A DNA stretch of 63,141 nt, the filler included, from Reclinomonas americana ATCC 50394 (taxonomy: Eukaryota), in NCBI GenBank assembly GCA_048213135.1. It is 13 parts of 13 records of this genome, joined end to end, with 100 filler letters (N's around TTAATTAATTAA, not from the genome) between each part and the next. Parts side by side here need not be neighbours in the genome. Positions count along the whole stretch, not along the records: positions 35,628 to 45,657 come from AFZH01018377.1; positions 45,758 to 49,494 come from AFZH01018378.1; 11 more parts are not named here. One strand, given 5' to 3'. Numbering within the stretch: position 1 is the stretch's first letter; each line of letters starts with the position of its first letter. Shown here in pieces: positions 35,684-48,800 of this stretch. The notes beneath the pieces were generated by a model, which was not told the origin of the DNA, ran no database searches, and saw nothing but the letters and a program-made list of their open reading frames with translations. The translations under genes and the position numbers were made by a program.

Positions 35684-38600
35684 ATGTCCACCTCTCTCTT
35701 CGTTCAGACTCTGTACAGCATCGGTGGAGGGCCCAGTTGAGAAGAGCTATCATGACCGAGATCTTGTTCCGCAGTCTTGCTGCTTTCTTTCTTCATGCTC
35801 ACACTCCTTCTCTCTCTCACACACGCGCGCACTGTCTGGATCTGCACTCGCCTATCCTCTCTTTCAGGCGCTGCATAGCTTCTGTGAAGGCGCAGCAGAG
35901 AAGAGCGGTGGTGCAGCGACTGAGCACTCTTCTTGGCTTTTTTGGTTGCATCCCCCTTTATCATTCTGTTTCTTCTCTGTCACTCTATCCTCGTTCTCTT
36001 CTCTCCCCTTTCGCCTCTCCTTTCATGCAGACTCCGCACCGCTTCTGGGAAGGCTCAACACAGAGAAGAGCGATCACATAGCCGCTGCGCTTTCTGCATA
36101 TGCTCTCTTGTTGCATCCACGTGCTCACATTTATCTCTCTGTCTTCTCGCGTTCTCTCTCGCTGTCTCCGTCTCTCTCTTCAGACTCTCGAGAGAGCTTG
36201 TTCCGCAGTCTTGCTGCTTTCTTTCATCATGCTCACACTCCTTCTCTCTCTCTCTCACGCACTGTCTGCATCTGCACTCGCCTATCCTCTCTTTCAGACC
36301 CTGCATAGCTTGTGTGAAGGCGCAGCAGAGAAGAGCGGTGATGTAGCGAGAGCACTCTTCTTGGCTTTTCTTTCTCCTCCGTTTTCTTCTCTCCTCATTC
36401 GCCTCTCCTTTCGTGTAGTCTCTGCACCGCTTCTGGGAAGGCTCAACACAGAGAAGAGCGATCACGAAGCGACTGCGCTTCTGCTCGTGCTCTCTTGTTG
36501 CATGTTCGTGCTCACACTTTTCTCACTGTCTTCTCGCGTTCTCTCTCGCTGTCTCTGCCACTATCTTCATTCAGACTCTGTGCAGCATCGGGAATGGCAA
36601 GCAGAGAAGAGGTGTCATGACTGAGAACTTTGTTCCGCAGTCTTGCTGCTTTCTTTCATCATGCTCACACTCTTTTCTCTCTCACTCGCACACACACACA
36701 CGCACACACACTTTTCATATGCTTTCTGGTCATGACGTTCCTCATCCTCGCTCTCTTCTCACACTTGCTCACTGTCTTCTCGCGTCTCTCTCTCTATTTG
36801 CCTGTCCTGTCGTTCAGACCCTGCATAGCTTCTGTGAAGGCTCAGCAGAGAAGAGCGGTCATGCCTGAGAACGTGTCTGCACTCTTCTTGGCTTTCTTTG
36901 TTGCCTTCCTTCTTTGTTGCCTTCCTTTTCTCGCTCTCTCACGCACTCTCTCCCTCTCTCCCCTCCCTCTCCCCCCTCCCTCTTTCCCCTTCCTTTCTGT
37001 CTTCTTGCTCTCTCCCTCCCCGTCATCCACTAACCTCTCGCCTGCTCTCCCCCTCTCTCAGGACCGCGTGGTCGGCGCTCTGCTCGGCACGGTGCAAGAC
37101 AGTCTGTTTGAGATCAAGAATGCATTCCCGCTGCAAGTCAACGTGGAGGTGCGGCGAAAACACAGGCAGCACCATTATCTACACGCATGCACGCAATGCT
37201 GCACATAGAAGCATTGTCCGGCAGTGCAACATGTTCTTGTGCTCATGCGCCCTTTCCTTTCACACAGACGGGTGCCATCGACACGGAGCACTTTAGCAGC
37301 ATGCTGCAATTGCAGCTGAAGGTCAACAAGGAGGAGGTGGTGATTGGCTGGTTGGTTTCTCGTTCCCTCGCTGTTTCCTCTCTCGCTCTATCTCTTACCG
37401 TTTCGGTCAGGTACTCCACCGGCAAGAATGTGGGCGACGCGGCACGTTTCTTTGAGTTCTTCCAGCCGCGCTCGTTCCAGGGACGACCAGTGCATCTGTT
37501 GCTCGACACGTCGTTGACAGCTGGTGAGTTGTTGGGCAGAGAGAGTGAGAGAAGGATGAGGGAGATGAGAACTACAAGCTATTCATGCGCGAGGACAATG
37601 TGTAGCGTGCAAAAGAGAAAAGAATAGGGCGAGGGAGATGAGAATCCTGCGAGAGGTGCACGCTGTTCATGCACGAGGACGATGTGGAACTTGTGGAGAG
37701 AACAAGAGGAGGAGGATAGAGAGAGAGAGAGTGATAACAGAGGAGGAGAATAGAGGGAGATTAACAATGGGAGCGACAAGAAGATGGAAGGAGAGAAGAG
37801 CTGAAAGTGAAAGGGAGAGAGACAACAGAAAGAAAGAGAGAGAGAAAGTGGCGCAGGAGGAATGTAAGAGGAAGAAAGAGAGATCAAAAAAGAAGACAGA
37901 AAGAGAAGGGAGGATGAATAGCGATAAAGCTAAAGAGTGAGAAAACAAAGTGAATGAGAAAGAGAAAAGGAATGGAAGAGAAGGCCGATGTTTCTCGCTC
38001 GCATTTATGCTCAACAGAATGAGAACAGAAAGAGAAGGGATAACGAAAAGAGAATGAGTAGCGAGAAAGCAAAGAATGAGAAAACAAGAGAAAAAGTATG
38101 GAAGAGAAGGCCAATGTTTCTCGCTCTCATCTATGCTCAACAGATTGAGAACAGAAAGAGAAGGGAGAACGAAAAGAGAATGAGTTGCGAGAAAGCAAAG
38201 AATGAGAAAGAGGCGAAAAATGGAAGCCATTGCCGCTCTTCTCTCACTCATCTCTGCTTCTCTTCCCCCGCATGCAGAGGGCTTCCGACCACAGTCGTTC
38301 AGCATCCGACCAGTGGCTTTCGAGACGTACATTATCGGCTACCAGATGGTGCCGCTGCCGACCAGCGTCCTCAACTCAGGAATCGAGATGATTGGCTGTT
38401 GCGTGAGGCAGACGGAGAGAAGAATGGGAGGGCATGTGTGTCGTCCTGCACGATTCAGGGACGCAGCGGTCTCGTGTTCTCTCTCTGTATGAGTGCTGTG
38501 ATAGGGGGCTTCTCTTGTACCGTGCTACGGCATGGACTCTTGTTTCCTTGCCTGCATTCTCTTGCCTCACGCACAGAGATGCTTCCTTCCATTTCTCACG

Positions 38601-39534
38601 CACTTGTTTCTCTTGACTGTCAACTGCAAACACGCTGTCATTGCCTCTTCACTCTATTGTGACTTCCACGATGCCGCGGAGAGACTCCGATGACATCGCT
38701 TTGTCTTGCTCGGTCTCCATCTCTCGCTATCCTTCCCTCTCCTCTGCGCTCACTTCGCCTCTTCCCTCACCACAGTGGACGCACTTCTCAAGAGCGAGGG
38801 CCACCTGCTGGAGCGCGACAGGGAGAACCCCGACCTCAAGCCCGACATCCAGTCGATGCTGCGGTCAATCAACGATCTGCTGATCACACTGAGCGATGTG
38901 GAGTCGTACGTGGAGGAAGTCACGGTGAGTGCGACTGTTTCTTCGTGATTCTCCCTCTCTCCCTCTCCTTCTCGCTGTCCTTGTATTCTGTCTGTTTCTC
39001 GCCTCTCTCTCTCTCTCTCTCTCACACACGTCTTGTACGTGCGTCTGTGTGACTGTCTGCCTGCCTTGTCTCGTGCATCCATTTTTCTTTCCTTGTTTCT
39101 TGTCTGTCCTCCTCTCTCTCTCTCTCCGGTCTCACTCTTTCGTGCTCTCTCTCATTCTCACCCTGTGTGCGTCTCCCTGTTTCTCGCCCTGTCAAAGTGC
39201 AGCTCTTTCTCTCTCCCCTCTCTTCCCACTTCGCTCTCCCTTCATCTCTCCATTCCTCCCCGTCCCTTCCCTGCCCGCTCTTTCTCCCTCCCTTCCCCTT
39301 CTCCCTCCGCCTCACCACCCTTTCCTCTTTTCGCAGGAAGGACGCAGGGCACCCGACAGCAAGATCGGCCGCGCGCTGCTCGACGTGGTGACATCGGTGG
39401 ACACACTCTCGGAGGAGGAGCTCGACACGATCCTCTCGTCACGCGTGCAAGACATGCTCATGCTGCACTACCTGGGCGACATTGCCAAGTCACAAGCCAT
39501 GATTGCCGAGCGCCTGCAAAAGCTGTGCTCGTGA
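34936..39534 (+). CDS. EIF3F: Eukaryotic translation initiation factor 3 subunit F (MPN domain), 7 exons
   Basis: VHVHPLVLFSVVDHWNRRNEGE|DRVVGALLG, KVNKEEVVIGW|YSTG, PVHLLLDT, EGRRAPDSKIGRAL, QDMLMLHYLGDIAKSQ. Confidence 0.9.
35705..36900. repeat. Intronic tandem array with higher-order structure in eIF3f intron 1
   Basis: Cores cagac..tgca..gcttct..gaaggc.ca.cagagaagagcg and variants begin at about 35705, 35865, 36028, 36181, 36295, 36416, 36572 and 36815. Confidence 0.88.
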
Positions 39535-39613
39535 GCGAATCAGAGAGAGGAAAGGGATAGACGTGAAGTACGTAGTGAATCGACTGGTGTTGGTAGGACA
39601 ATCTTGCAATCAC

Positions 39614-41917
39614 ATGGCCGACGAGCGCAGACCACTTGCCGCACTGCTTGTGGCTCGTGTGATTGCTCGTGCCACTGCCGAGACAGTGGAATGCACAGAA
39701 GCCTCACTGGCACAGCGCGTGTGGGAGCGGCATTTTCATCTTCTTCATCATCATGAGGAACCTTCTTCAATGCATCTCGCCAGTGTGCGTCGACTGTTGC
39801 GCAGCGCGTGGGGACTCTTCTCGTCGGTCGATGATGATGAAAGTGGGGATAATGAGGGCAAGCTGATTGTTCTTGCGGAGCGCGGCTTGTGTGATCGGTC
39901 GTCGATGTTGGGCGTGCGTGATGCGAGTGGAATGCAGAGGTGAGAGGATGCAGTGCAGATTGAAGGGTCCCAGTCTCTCTCTTGTCGCTCTTGCTGCGCT
40001 CGTGTCTCTCTTATCGATCTTGTCGCTTGTGTATCTCGTGTCGCTCTTGTCGCTAGTGTCGCTCTTGTCGCTCTAGATCTTTCTCTCTTCGCTCTTGTTG
40101 CTCGTGTCGCTCTTGTCTCTCTTGTCGCTCGTGTCTCTCTTGTCGCTCGTGTCTCTCGTGTCGCTCGTGTCTCTCTTGTCGCTCTTGCGTCGCTCTTGTC
40201 TCTCTTGTCGCTCATGTCGCTCGTGTCGCTCTTGTCCCTCGTGTCGCTCGTGTCGCTCGTGTCGCTCTTGTCGCTCGTGTCGCTCTTGTCGCTCGTGTCG
40301 CTCTTGTTGCTCGTGTCGCTCTTGTTGCTCGTGTCGCTCTTGTCTCTCGTGTCACTCTTGTCGCTCGTGTCGCTCTTGTCACTGTTGTCGCACTTGTCGC
40401 TCTTGTCGCACTTGTCGCTCTTGTCACTCGTGTCGCTCTTGTCGCTCTTGTCACTCTTGTCGCTCTTGTCGCTGTTGTCTTTGTTGTCTCTGTTGTCGCG
40501 CTTGTCGCTCTTGTCGCTATTGCTGCTCTCTTGTCGCTCTTGCTGCTCTCTTGTCGCTCTTGCTGCTCTCTTGTCGCTCGTGTCGCTCTTGTCTCTTGTC
40601 GTTCTTGTCTCTCCTGTCGCTCGTGCCTCTCTCCTCGCTCGTATCACTCTTCTCGCTCGTGTCGCTCGTGTCGCTCGTGCCTCTCCCTTCCTCCCCTTGG
40701 ATTTCGCCTCCCTTTCCCTTTCCAGTCCCTTCCCTTCCCCTGCCTCCCTCCCTCTCCCTTTCCCTCTCCCTCTCCCTTTCCCTCACCCTTGTCCCTTCTC
40801 CCTCTCCCTCTCCGTTGCCCCCTCTCCCTTTCCCCACCCTTTCCCGCATCCCCAGATGGACCGCCCGACTGATCACCGACACCCCACTTTCTGCGATCGA
40901 GCGACGTCTGCAGGCGGAGCAGTACGTGGCCAACCTCCTCGGCGCCTGTAACATCTCGTGTCCGCACGTTTTGCCGACCACCAGCAACGGTACGTTCCTT
41001 TCTCTTCCCTCGTTTTCCCCTTCTCCCCTCCTCTCACCCTTTCCCCGTCCTTCTCCCCCTTCAGCGCTGACCGCGGAAATGGACTCGACCTGCGTGGTTG
41101 TCGTGTACGAGCACACAGTGGACGGCGGTGGCGGTCGGCGCCTGCTGAGCGAGTGCGACTTGACCGACGAGCTGATGGTGGTCGTGGGGCAGTTTGTCGG
41201 CCGTCTGTGCCAGTGCATGGTCATGGCGCCGCCGGCACCGTGGATGGTGGGCGCAGGAGACGACGAAGTGACTGTGGTGTCGGTGCACGACGTGCGCTAC
41301 GCGCGCGAGCTGCTCGAGTGGGCGGCTGCCGACGACCGGGTGGTGGAGGGCGACGACGAACGACGGCATTTGGTGCATGCTGTCGTGCAGCGTCTGCGCG
41401 TTCGACTGGATCCGCGAGTGCGTGAACTGCGCACGGGCCTGGTGCACTCGGCGGTCGACTTGCAACATCTGGTGATGACGACCAGCAGCGCTGGCGACTT
41501 GGAGGTTTCGTCACCACACGCTCTTTCGTGAGAGGAAGAAGACCGCTGATACCCTTTCCCTCACGTGCACAGGTCGCTGGTCTCGCGTGCTGCGCCAATC
41601 ACGTCGCACCGACGCCCTCGTGGATCGTGGCGCACGTCGCCAACTGCATGGCCGCCGTCATCGCCGCCAGCACACCCACCGACACGGTGACACGCTGCGG
41701 TTCACTCTACAGCGGCCTCTCCGCCGAGTTCCCACTCACCGACGCCGAGTTGTCAGTGCTCCCCGCAGTCATCGCCGCCCGCCTGGCCCTGCAGTCACAC
41801 TGGACCGCCGTCTCGCGCTTCCTGGCCATCCCCGAGGACGATTTCTGCGGAAGCCTGCAGGCGGCCATGGCAGGCATTGCCGGCACGCCCACCAGTCGCA
41901 GGAAGAAGCACGACTGA
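39614..41917 (+). CDS. Degenerate APH/hydroxylysine-kinase-like protein (probable pseudokinase), 4 exons
   Basis: Aligns by eye to its neighbour (CPHVLPT vs CPTPVPS, RRLLSECDLTDELM vs GRLLADVEQTDDLL, ELRTGLVH vs ELRQSVLQ, FPLTDAELSVLP vs LPLTEAELAVLP), but the catalytic motifs are replaced. Confidence 0.75.
39975..40680. repeat. 9-nt minisatellite (GTCGCTCTT/GTCGCTCGT)n in an intron
   Basis: Dozens of tandem copies between donor 39940 and acceptor 40855; source of the SLL/TRA/SCR pseudo-ORFs. Confidence 0.97.
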
Positions 41918-41973
41918 CGGACTTCGCGCTTGTCCTTCATGCATGTCCGCCCACTCACCAATCGATTGCAATC

Positions 41974-44905
41974 ATGTCGGCGAGCGAGAGTACTCCATCG
42001 GACACTGCCAGTACTGTGCGTTATCGAATGAGCCCGTTCATCAATCAAGCGCTCACTCACTGATGACCAATTAATGAACAACGTGACAACACAAACAGCA
42101 TGATTTCATCACACAAGTGGTGCAAGACGAGGCCACTCGTAAGCAGCAGAAACCGCGTTTCTCGGCTGTGGAGGCCGCCGAGTTTATGCGAGAGTTGTAT
42201 GCGGTGCAAGTGGAGTCGCCGGAGGTCTCCATGCGACAGCTGGACTCGTATGATGATCTCAATTTTTTGGTGAAGGATGAGGCGCGCGTGCCGAGGTGAG
42301 AGAAGGGGAAGAAGGGGGTAAGAGGGGAAGAAGGGGAAGGAGGGAAGAAGGGGAAGGGGGGAAAGGGAGGAGGATGATGAAGGGGATTATGCATTGCACG
42401 ATTGTATCTCTCTTTTTTCACTTTGTTTGGGATGTTGTGTCAAGCTGTTGCGTGTGCGTTCAACGCTCTCTCTTTCTCTCTCTCTGTGCATTTTGATTGC
42501 AGCACGGTGTCTTGTTTTGCAATCTTGTGAGTCCTTTACAGTCTTCCTCACTCTCCTCCGTTCTCTTTCTCTCCCTTCCTCCTTCCCTCTCTCACTCTCT
42601 TTGTCTGTCTCTCTTCCCTCTCTGTCTCTGTGCATCTTGATTGCAGCACGTTGTCTTGTTTTGCCATCTTGTGAGTCCTTTACAATCTTTCTCGCTTTCT
42701 CTCTCTTTCTTTCTTCTCCTCCTCTCTCTCTCTCTCTGTCTTTTCTCCCTCCCTCTCTCTCTCTCTTTCTCTCTCTCTGTCTCTGTGCAATTTGATTGCA
42801 GCTCGTTGTCTTGTGTTGCAACCTCGTGCAAGCCATTCACATCCTTTCTCACTCTCCTCCGTTCTCTTTCTCTCCCTTCCTCTCCTCTCTCTCTCTCTCA
42901 GTCTCTCTTCCCTCTCTGTCTCTTTGCATTTTGATCGCAGCACGTTGCTGTCTTGTGTTGCACTCTCGTATGAGTCCTTCACAATCTTTCTCGCTCTCCT
43001 CCTTTCACTTTCTCGCCTCCTTCCCTCTCTCTCTCTCTCAGTCTCTCTTCCCGCTCTGTCTCTTTGATTGCAGCATGCTGTCTTGTGTTGCAATCTCGCG
43101 TGAGTCCTTCACTCTTTCTCACTCTCCTCCTTTCTCTTTCTCGCCCTCCCCCCTCTCTCTCTTTCTTTTTCTTTGTCTTCGTTTCTTTCTCAATCTCTTT
43201 TGCTCGTTCGCTCATTCGATCATCAGTCTTGTTGCTGTTGCGTACCATTCTGTATCGCCTTACTGCGTTCGTCTCCATCTCCTTCTCCGTCTCTCTCTCT
43301 CTCTCTCGCTCTCGCTCTCTGTGCCAAAGAGACGAGTGTTTCTCGTTGCATCCAGCTGTTGTTCAACGTGTTTCTCCCTTCCCTTCCCCTCCGTCTCCCT
43401 TCCCTTCCCTTCCCTTCCCCCTCTTCTCCCTTCCTTTCTCCTTCCTCGCACAGGTACATCCTCAAGGTTCACAACGGAGTGGAGAGCACGCGCTGTTCAT
43501 TCGTGGAGGCACAAAACTCTGTGAAGATGTACCTGGCGGAGCACGGTTTCGGCTGCCCGACGCCTGTGCCCTCGGTGACTGGTGAGAAGGAGAGTGCCAC
43601 CCAGAAACGGAAGCAGCCGAATGACTCTCCCTGTCTTTCTTTCACTCCCTTTCTTCTCTCTGTCTCCTTCTCTTTTTATTTTCTCTCTTCTTTCTTTCTC
43701 TCTCTCTCTCTCCCTCTCTGTCTCCCTCTCTCTCTCTCTCTCACACACTCTCTCTATTGGCAACCAACACGGGTGTTGCCTTCCTCTCAGTGTTCTGTAT
43801 CTCTTACACTCTTCGTATCTCTTTGTGTGTTGCCCTTCTCCACACAAGTTTCGCCACTGCTGCTCGTCTGGGTGTTGTCATTCTCCCAGTCTTTCCCTCT
43901 GTCTGTCACCTTGTGACTTCCCTTAGTTCTGCTCCGTCTTTGCAGCCCAGACGGGTATTGCCTTCCCCCTGTCTGTCTCTCTCTCACTCACTCTCCCTCT
44001 CCCTCTCCCTCCTCCCTCCCTCCCCGCACACAGATGGCAAGCTAATCACCTTTGTGCAATCACCCTCTGGTGTCAAGCACGCCGTCCGCCTTCTCAACTT
44101 TGTGCACGGTCGTCTGCTTGCCGACGTGGAGCAGACGGACGACTTGCTGTTCACTGTTGCGTTCTCCTCCTCCACCCTCCCCCATCTCCGTCCTTGTCCT
44201 TCTCTTCACTCTTCTCTTCTAGTTCGGATCGTGGCTCGGGCGCATGAGCCTCGCCCTCATGTCGATGAAACCGGTGCCGGCGGCCTTGCATCGCTTGCAC
44301 CTGTGGGACATGCGCAACATGACGTTCATTGCGCACTTTCTGCCTGCCGTACGAGACGAGAGCCGACGGGCGCTGGTGGAGGGCGCCATTGAGCGATTCG
44401 TGAAGACGGTGGAGCCACGGGGTGCCGAGTTGCGCCAGTCGGTGCTGCAGAACGACCCCAACGACCAGAATATCATTATTAGCGATGACGGGAAGGAGGT
44501 CTCTCACACCTTATTCTCCCTCTGTCGTCATCAACTCATCCTACGTCTGTGCAGGTGGCGGGCATTATCGACTTTGGCGACAGCGTGTACTCGTGGTTGA
44601 TCAATGAGCTGGCGCTGGCGTTGGCCTACATTATGATGGGCAAGGACCGCCTGTTGGAGATGGCGCGGCCGGTGTTCCGCGGATACACCTCGCAGTTGCC
44701 GCTGACCGAGGCCGAGTTGGCGGTGCTGCCGACGCTGACCATGTGCCGCATTGCGATGTCGGCCACCATGTCGGCGTACTCGTCGTCGCGGGATCCGACC
44801 AACGAGTACTTGCTGCTGACGTCCAACTCGGGCGGATGGAGGACGCTGGAGTTGTTGAGTGCGATGAGCGATAGTGAGTTTTTGGCGGGTGTGAGGGGGG
44901 AGTGA
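41974..44905 (+). CDS. HYKK: Hydroxylysine kinase-like aminoglycoside phosphotransferase family protein, 6 exons
   Basis: KPRFS..LDSYDDLNFLV, YILKVHN, HAVRLLNFVHGRLL, HLWDM, LQNDPNDQNIII, GIIDFGD, ELALALAY, GYTSQLPLTEAE, DPTNEYLL. Confidence 0.85.
42440..43130. repeat. Intronic tandem repeat, 5 units with mean period about 143 nt
   Basis: ttgat(t/c)gcagc anchors at 42495, 42639, 42794, 42933 and 43066. Confidence 0.9.
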
Positions 44906-45177
44906 AACGGGGAGAAGGTGGTGGTGAGGCGATTCTGAAGATAGAAAAATAATAGAAACTTCACTGATCCATACACAATTGTGAGCATCTACCAGTGATC
45001 GCCAACAAGATCAAAAGGTTTGGTGGAGAGCTTGGTATTGCAATGTTGCAGGATAGATCAAGATGATAATCATCATTGCTGTTTGGATTAGTAGAGTTGT
45101 TGATGTTGTTGTTGGCGAGCAATCAGCGCATCGCAGCTGCCGAGTCAATATTTGTCGACGTCGAAACCAGATTTGTC

Positions 45178-45806
45178 ATGCAGGACGAGTCGTCGGTTGT
45201 GTCTCCCTGTGTGACGTCGAGCATGGAGGATGATCGAGTGCGCGAGTTGCAAGAGGCACAGCGCACGTTGATTCTCAAGTTGGAGAGCAAAGGTAAGGCA
45301 TGAGTCAACAGAGAGAGAGAGGTGCAGTGTCAGTTGCTCATGTGTGCAGAGTCTGAGTTTGCGAGGTATAAGGAGATGGTGGATGAGTATGAGGCGTTGT
45401 TGGAGGAGGGTGGGCCGAAGGAGGCCAAGATTTTGGAGTTGGCCAAGAAGGTGAGAAAGGGGAGGATAGAGGGAGAGGGAGAGGGAGAGGGAGGGAGAGA
45501 GAGGGAAGAGGAAAGGGGAGAGAGAGAGAGTGAGTGGGGCAAAGGGGGAGAGAAGGAGTGAGGGGAAAGGTGGGAACACTAACAAGTGAGGCAGGCTGTG
45601 TGTGAGAGAGAGACAGAGTGAGAGGGAGAGAGAGTGAGTGTGTGTGTGTGTGTGTGANNNNNNNNNNNNNNNNNNNNNNNNNNNNNNNNNNNNNNNNNNN
45701 NTTAATTAATTAANNNNNNNNNNNNNNNNNNNNNNNNNNNNNNNNNNNNNNNNNNNNTCGTCTCTCTCTCATGTCTCTCTCTACTACTCTCTCTCTCTCT
45801 CTCCTT

Positions 45807-45838
<32 letters not shown>

Positions 45839-48800
45839 TCTCCGTCTCTTTGCCCATCCAGAGGCACTGTGATTGAAGGCTGGTGGCAAGCTGGCGTAGA
45901 GCGCTCCAATTGTCGTTCAGTTTGCAAGTATGTTGGATCAGAGAAGGCACCGCAATATGCTCCTCCTTGTGGCCTCTTTGGCTCTCGGTGGAGGGTATTT
46001 GAAGGCCGTCGCCTGCGTTCTCTCTTGGAGGCCTTTCTGACTTTTTGTCTCTTCTCTCGTCCTGTGTTGCTTCGTGTGTTCCTTGTGCTTTTCGTTCTTC
46101 TTCCTCTGTGTTGGTAATCTCGCTCTATCCATGTCAAGTCCTTTTGGGGCCTGTTTCTCGCATTCGTCTCTCTCTTCATTCTTCTCTTGCTCTGTGTCGG
46201 TGTCTCCATGTCGTTTCCTTTCATGGTCTGTTCTGCTCGCTTCGTCTTCTTCAAGAACGCTTGGAAAGTGCCGACAGAGTGAGTGACGACGCTGCTTTCT
46301 ATGAGATGCGTCTGCATTGCTGCCTTGACTCTGTTCTCGTCACGCAAGTCTCTCTCTCTCTAGAAAAGAGGCGCCGAAAGCGCTGTCATCCATGGACTTC
46401 CCCTTCTCTCACACCTCTCACCTGCAGAACCGCGCACTTCAACTCGCCTTGGAGCGAGAAAAGACGCGTGCAAACAAGCTGAAAACGGAGAATCGCCTCA
46501 TGCAACACCAGCAGGTGAGCGCACTGTGTGCCAAGATCATGTCCGCGACTTGGATTAACGGAGCGAGGTGGTTGTGCAGGGTCCACCACGTTCGCACGCT
46601 GCCGCCTCGGCTGCGGACAGCTCGGACTCTGACGGCGCGACATCCACCGAGGTCGCGGCGCTGCAGCAGGAGTTGCACGATGCGCGAGAAAAGTACAACA
46701 AGGTGCAGCGTGCTTTCCCTCTCCTGCTGCATCGTTGAGTTCTTCTCATGTGTCTGTCGGCGCAGCTCAATGGTCGCGTGCAAGAGATGCGTGTGGCGAA
46801 TCAGCAGATGAAGCAGGACACTATGCGGATGAAGCAGGCGCTGCTGCGGGAGTGTGGCGACGATGTGCCGGTGCAGCAGATACTCGAGGAGGGGAGTGGG
46901 TGGAAGGGAAGGGCGCAGCGCATTACCATTCTCAAGGTGAGGGGGAAGAGGGAAAGGGATGGGGGAGGAAATGGAACGGAATGTGTGAGAGACATTGTGA
47001 AAGTGGGGCGCGGTTGGTGTATGGAGGACAAGCGTGTACGGTCGACAGGATATTGACAGAACGAGGAGATGAGAGTGCATAATCAACGATGTAGGTATAG
47101 CGTGAGACAGTGAATAATGGGGAACGAGTGTGCACGGATGAGAAGATAGGAATGAGAATGATTGTGCAAGTTTGACGAGAGAATGAAAGAGTGGGGCACA
47201 GGGAAGGAGAGGGGAAGGAGAGGGGAGGGGAGGAGAGGGGAAGAGAGGGGAAGGAGAGGGGAAGTCTGCATGTTCAGTTTGGCAAGGGAATGCTGGAATG
47301 GGAGCGAGAATGCGCGATCGACAAGAGAAGGATCGGAATGAGAACGAAAGAGCGAGAGTCGACGATTTAGAAGAGAAGTGTTGCGTAAGAGAGCGACAAA
47401 ATGGGGGAAGAAGAGAAGGATCACGAGAGAGAATGCGAGGACGAGAGCGCACGATCGACTGGACAGGTTTGGAGTGAGAGTGAAAAAATGGGTACCATGA
47501 GTTGATAGTCTGCAGAGAGTGAAGGATTGGGGAGCGAGTGTGAACCGTCGATGAGTCATTTGAGAGCGTATGCGAACGAGAGTGCACGGCCAGTAAATTA
47601 TTGAAATGTGACTGGAGAGTGAGAATAGAGACAAGAGCGCACGAGAGAGTTAAAGGATGGGACGAGGGTGCGTGGTTGACGAGAGAAGTGTGACGCAAGA
47701 GAGTTCGAAAATGCGGGACGAGAGAATGCACTATCGACAAGGGAGGCGTGAGAGTGAATGAAGGAAAACAAGAGTGCACGGTCGATAGTAGGAGTGCGAC
47801 GTGAGAGAATAAAAGAATGGGGGTGGGTCAACAATAGAAGTTGCACGAGATGCGAGGACGAGAGTGCACGGTCAGCAAGAAGCTTTTGGCGAAAGGATGA
47901 GGAGATAACGCGTTCACCAAGAGCAGCTAGGAAAGAAAGAATGGAGACGAGAGTGGCAGCTGAAGAAGACAGTGGAAGACAGACAACTGTGCGTCACTGA
48001 ATGTGTGAGAGGTATGGTCATCTGCATATGTACTTGACGCATCTGTCACTCCTGCACTTCCCTCTCACATGAGCGATGATGAGACATAAAGCAGTGTGAT
48101 TCCTCTCTTTCCCTACAAGTCACTCACTTTCCCTTTTCTTCCCTTTTCTTCCTCTTCCCCATTTCTTCGCAGGGCAAGGTCCGCGACTTGAAAGCCGCCC
48201 TCGCCCAGGCCGGCGTACCCGTCGAACCGAGCCCGCGACCATCCGGTGCCGGCAGTGCTCCGAGTTCCGACCTGCTCTTCAGCGACGCGCGCAGCATGGC
48301 CACTATGTTGCGTCGAGTGTGGTTGAATCTTTCAAAGATATCTTGCCCCTCACCACCTTTCCTCCCACGCAGGCACACCACGCTGACCACCACTACCTCC
48401 GCCTCGCAACTACCGCGTGACTTTACCGAGGTGGAACGCGAACGCAATGTCCGCATTCAGGCCGCTCGCAAAGTTGGCGCCGACCAGGCCACCGCCATGC
48501 TGAAGGTCAGTGCTGTTTGATTGTTGACGGCGTGCGTGCGTATATTTCTCTCATCACTGGTGCTGCAGGAGAAAGAGGACGAGCTGGTCGACGCGCATCA
48601 AAAGAACGAGGCGCTGAAGGCTCGCGTCCGCATCCTCGAAAAGTCCTCGGCCGAGTTGAAAACCAAGATTGCAGTGTTGCTGGAAAAGGTGAGTGCCACT
48701 TCCCTTGGTGAATACACGAGCGTTTCATAACCGCCGTCGTTGCAGAGTGCCACGGACGACGAGCTGGTCAATGCGCTCAAGGCCGAGTTGCAGTCGGTGC

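Noticed and set aside
36055..36075. ACAGAGAAGA resembling the U6 snRNA ACAGAGA box
   Set aside because: No U6 5' stem, AGC triad context or internal stem-loop; expected by chance in GA-rich repeats.
39751..40951. Long ORFs with SDK/SLL/SCR/TRA repeats
   Set aside because: Translations of the 9-nt intronic minisatellite, open in several frames.
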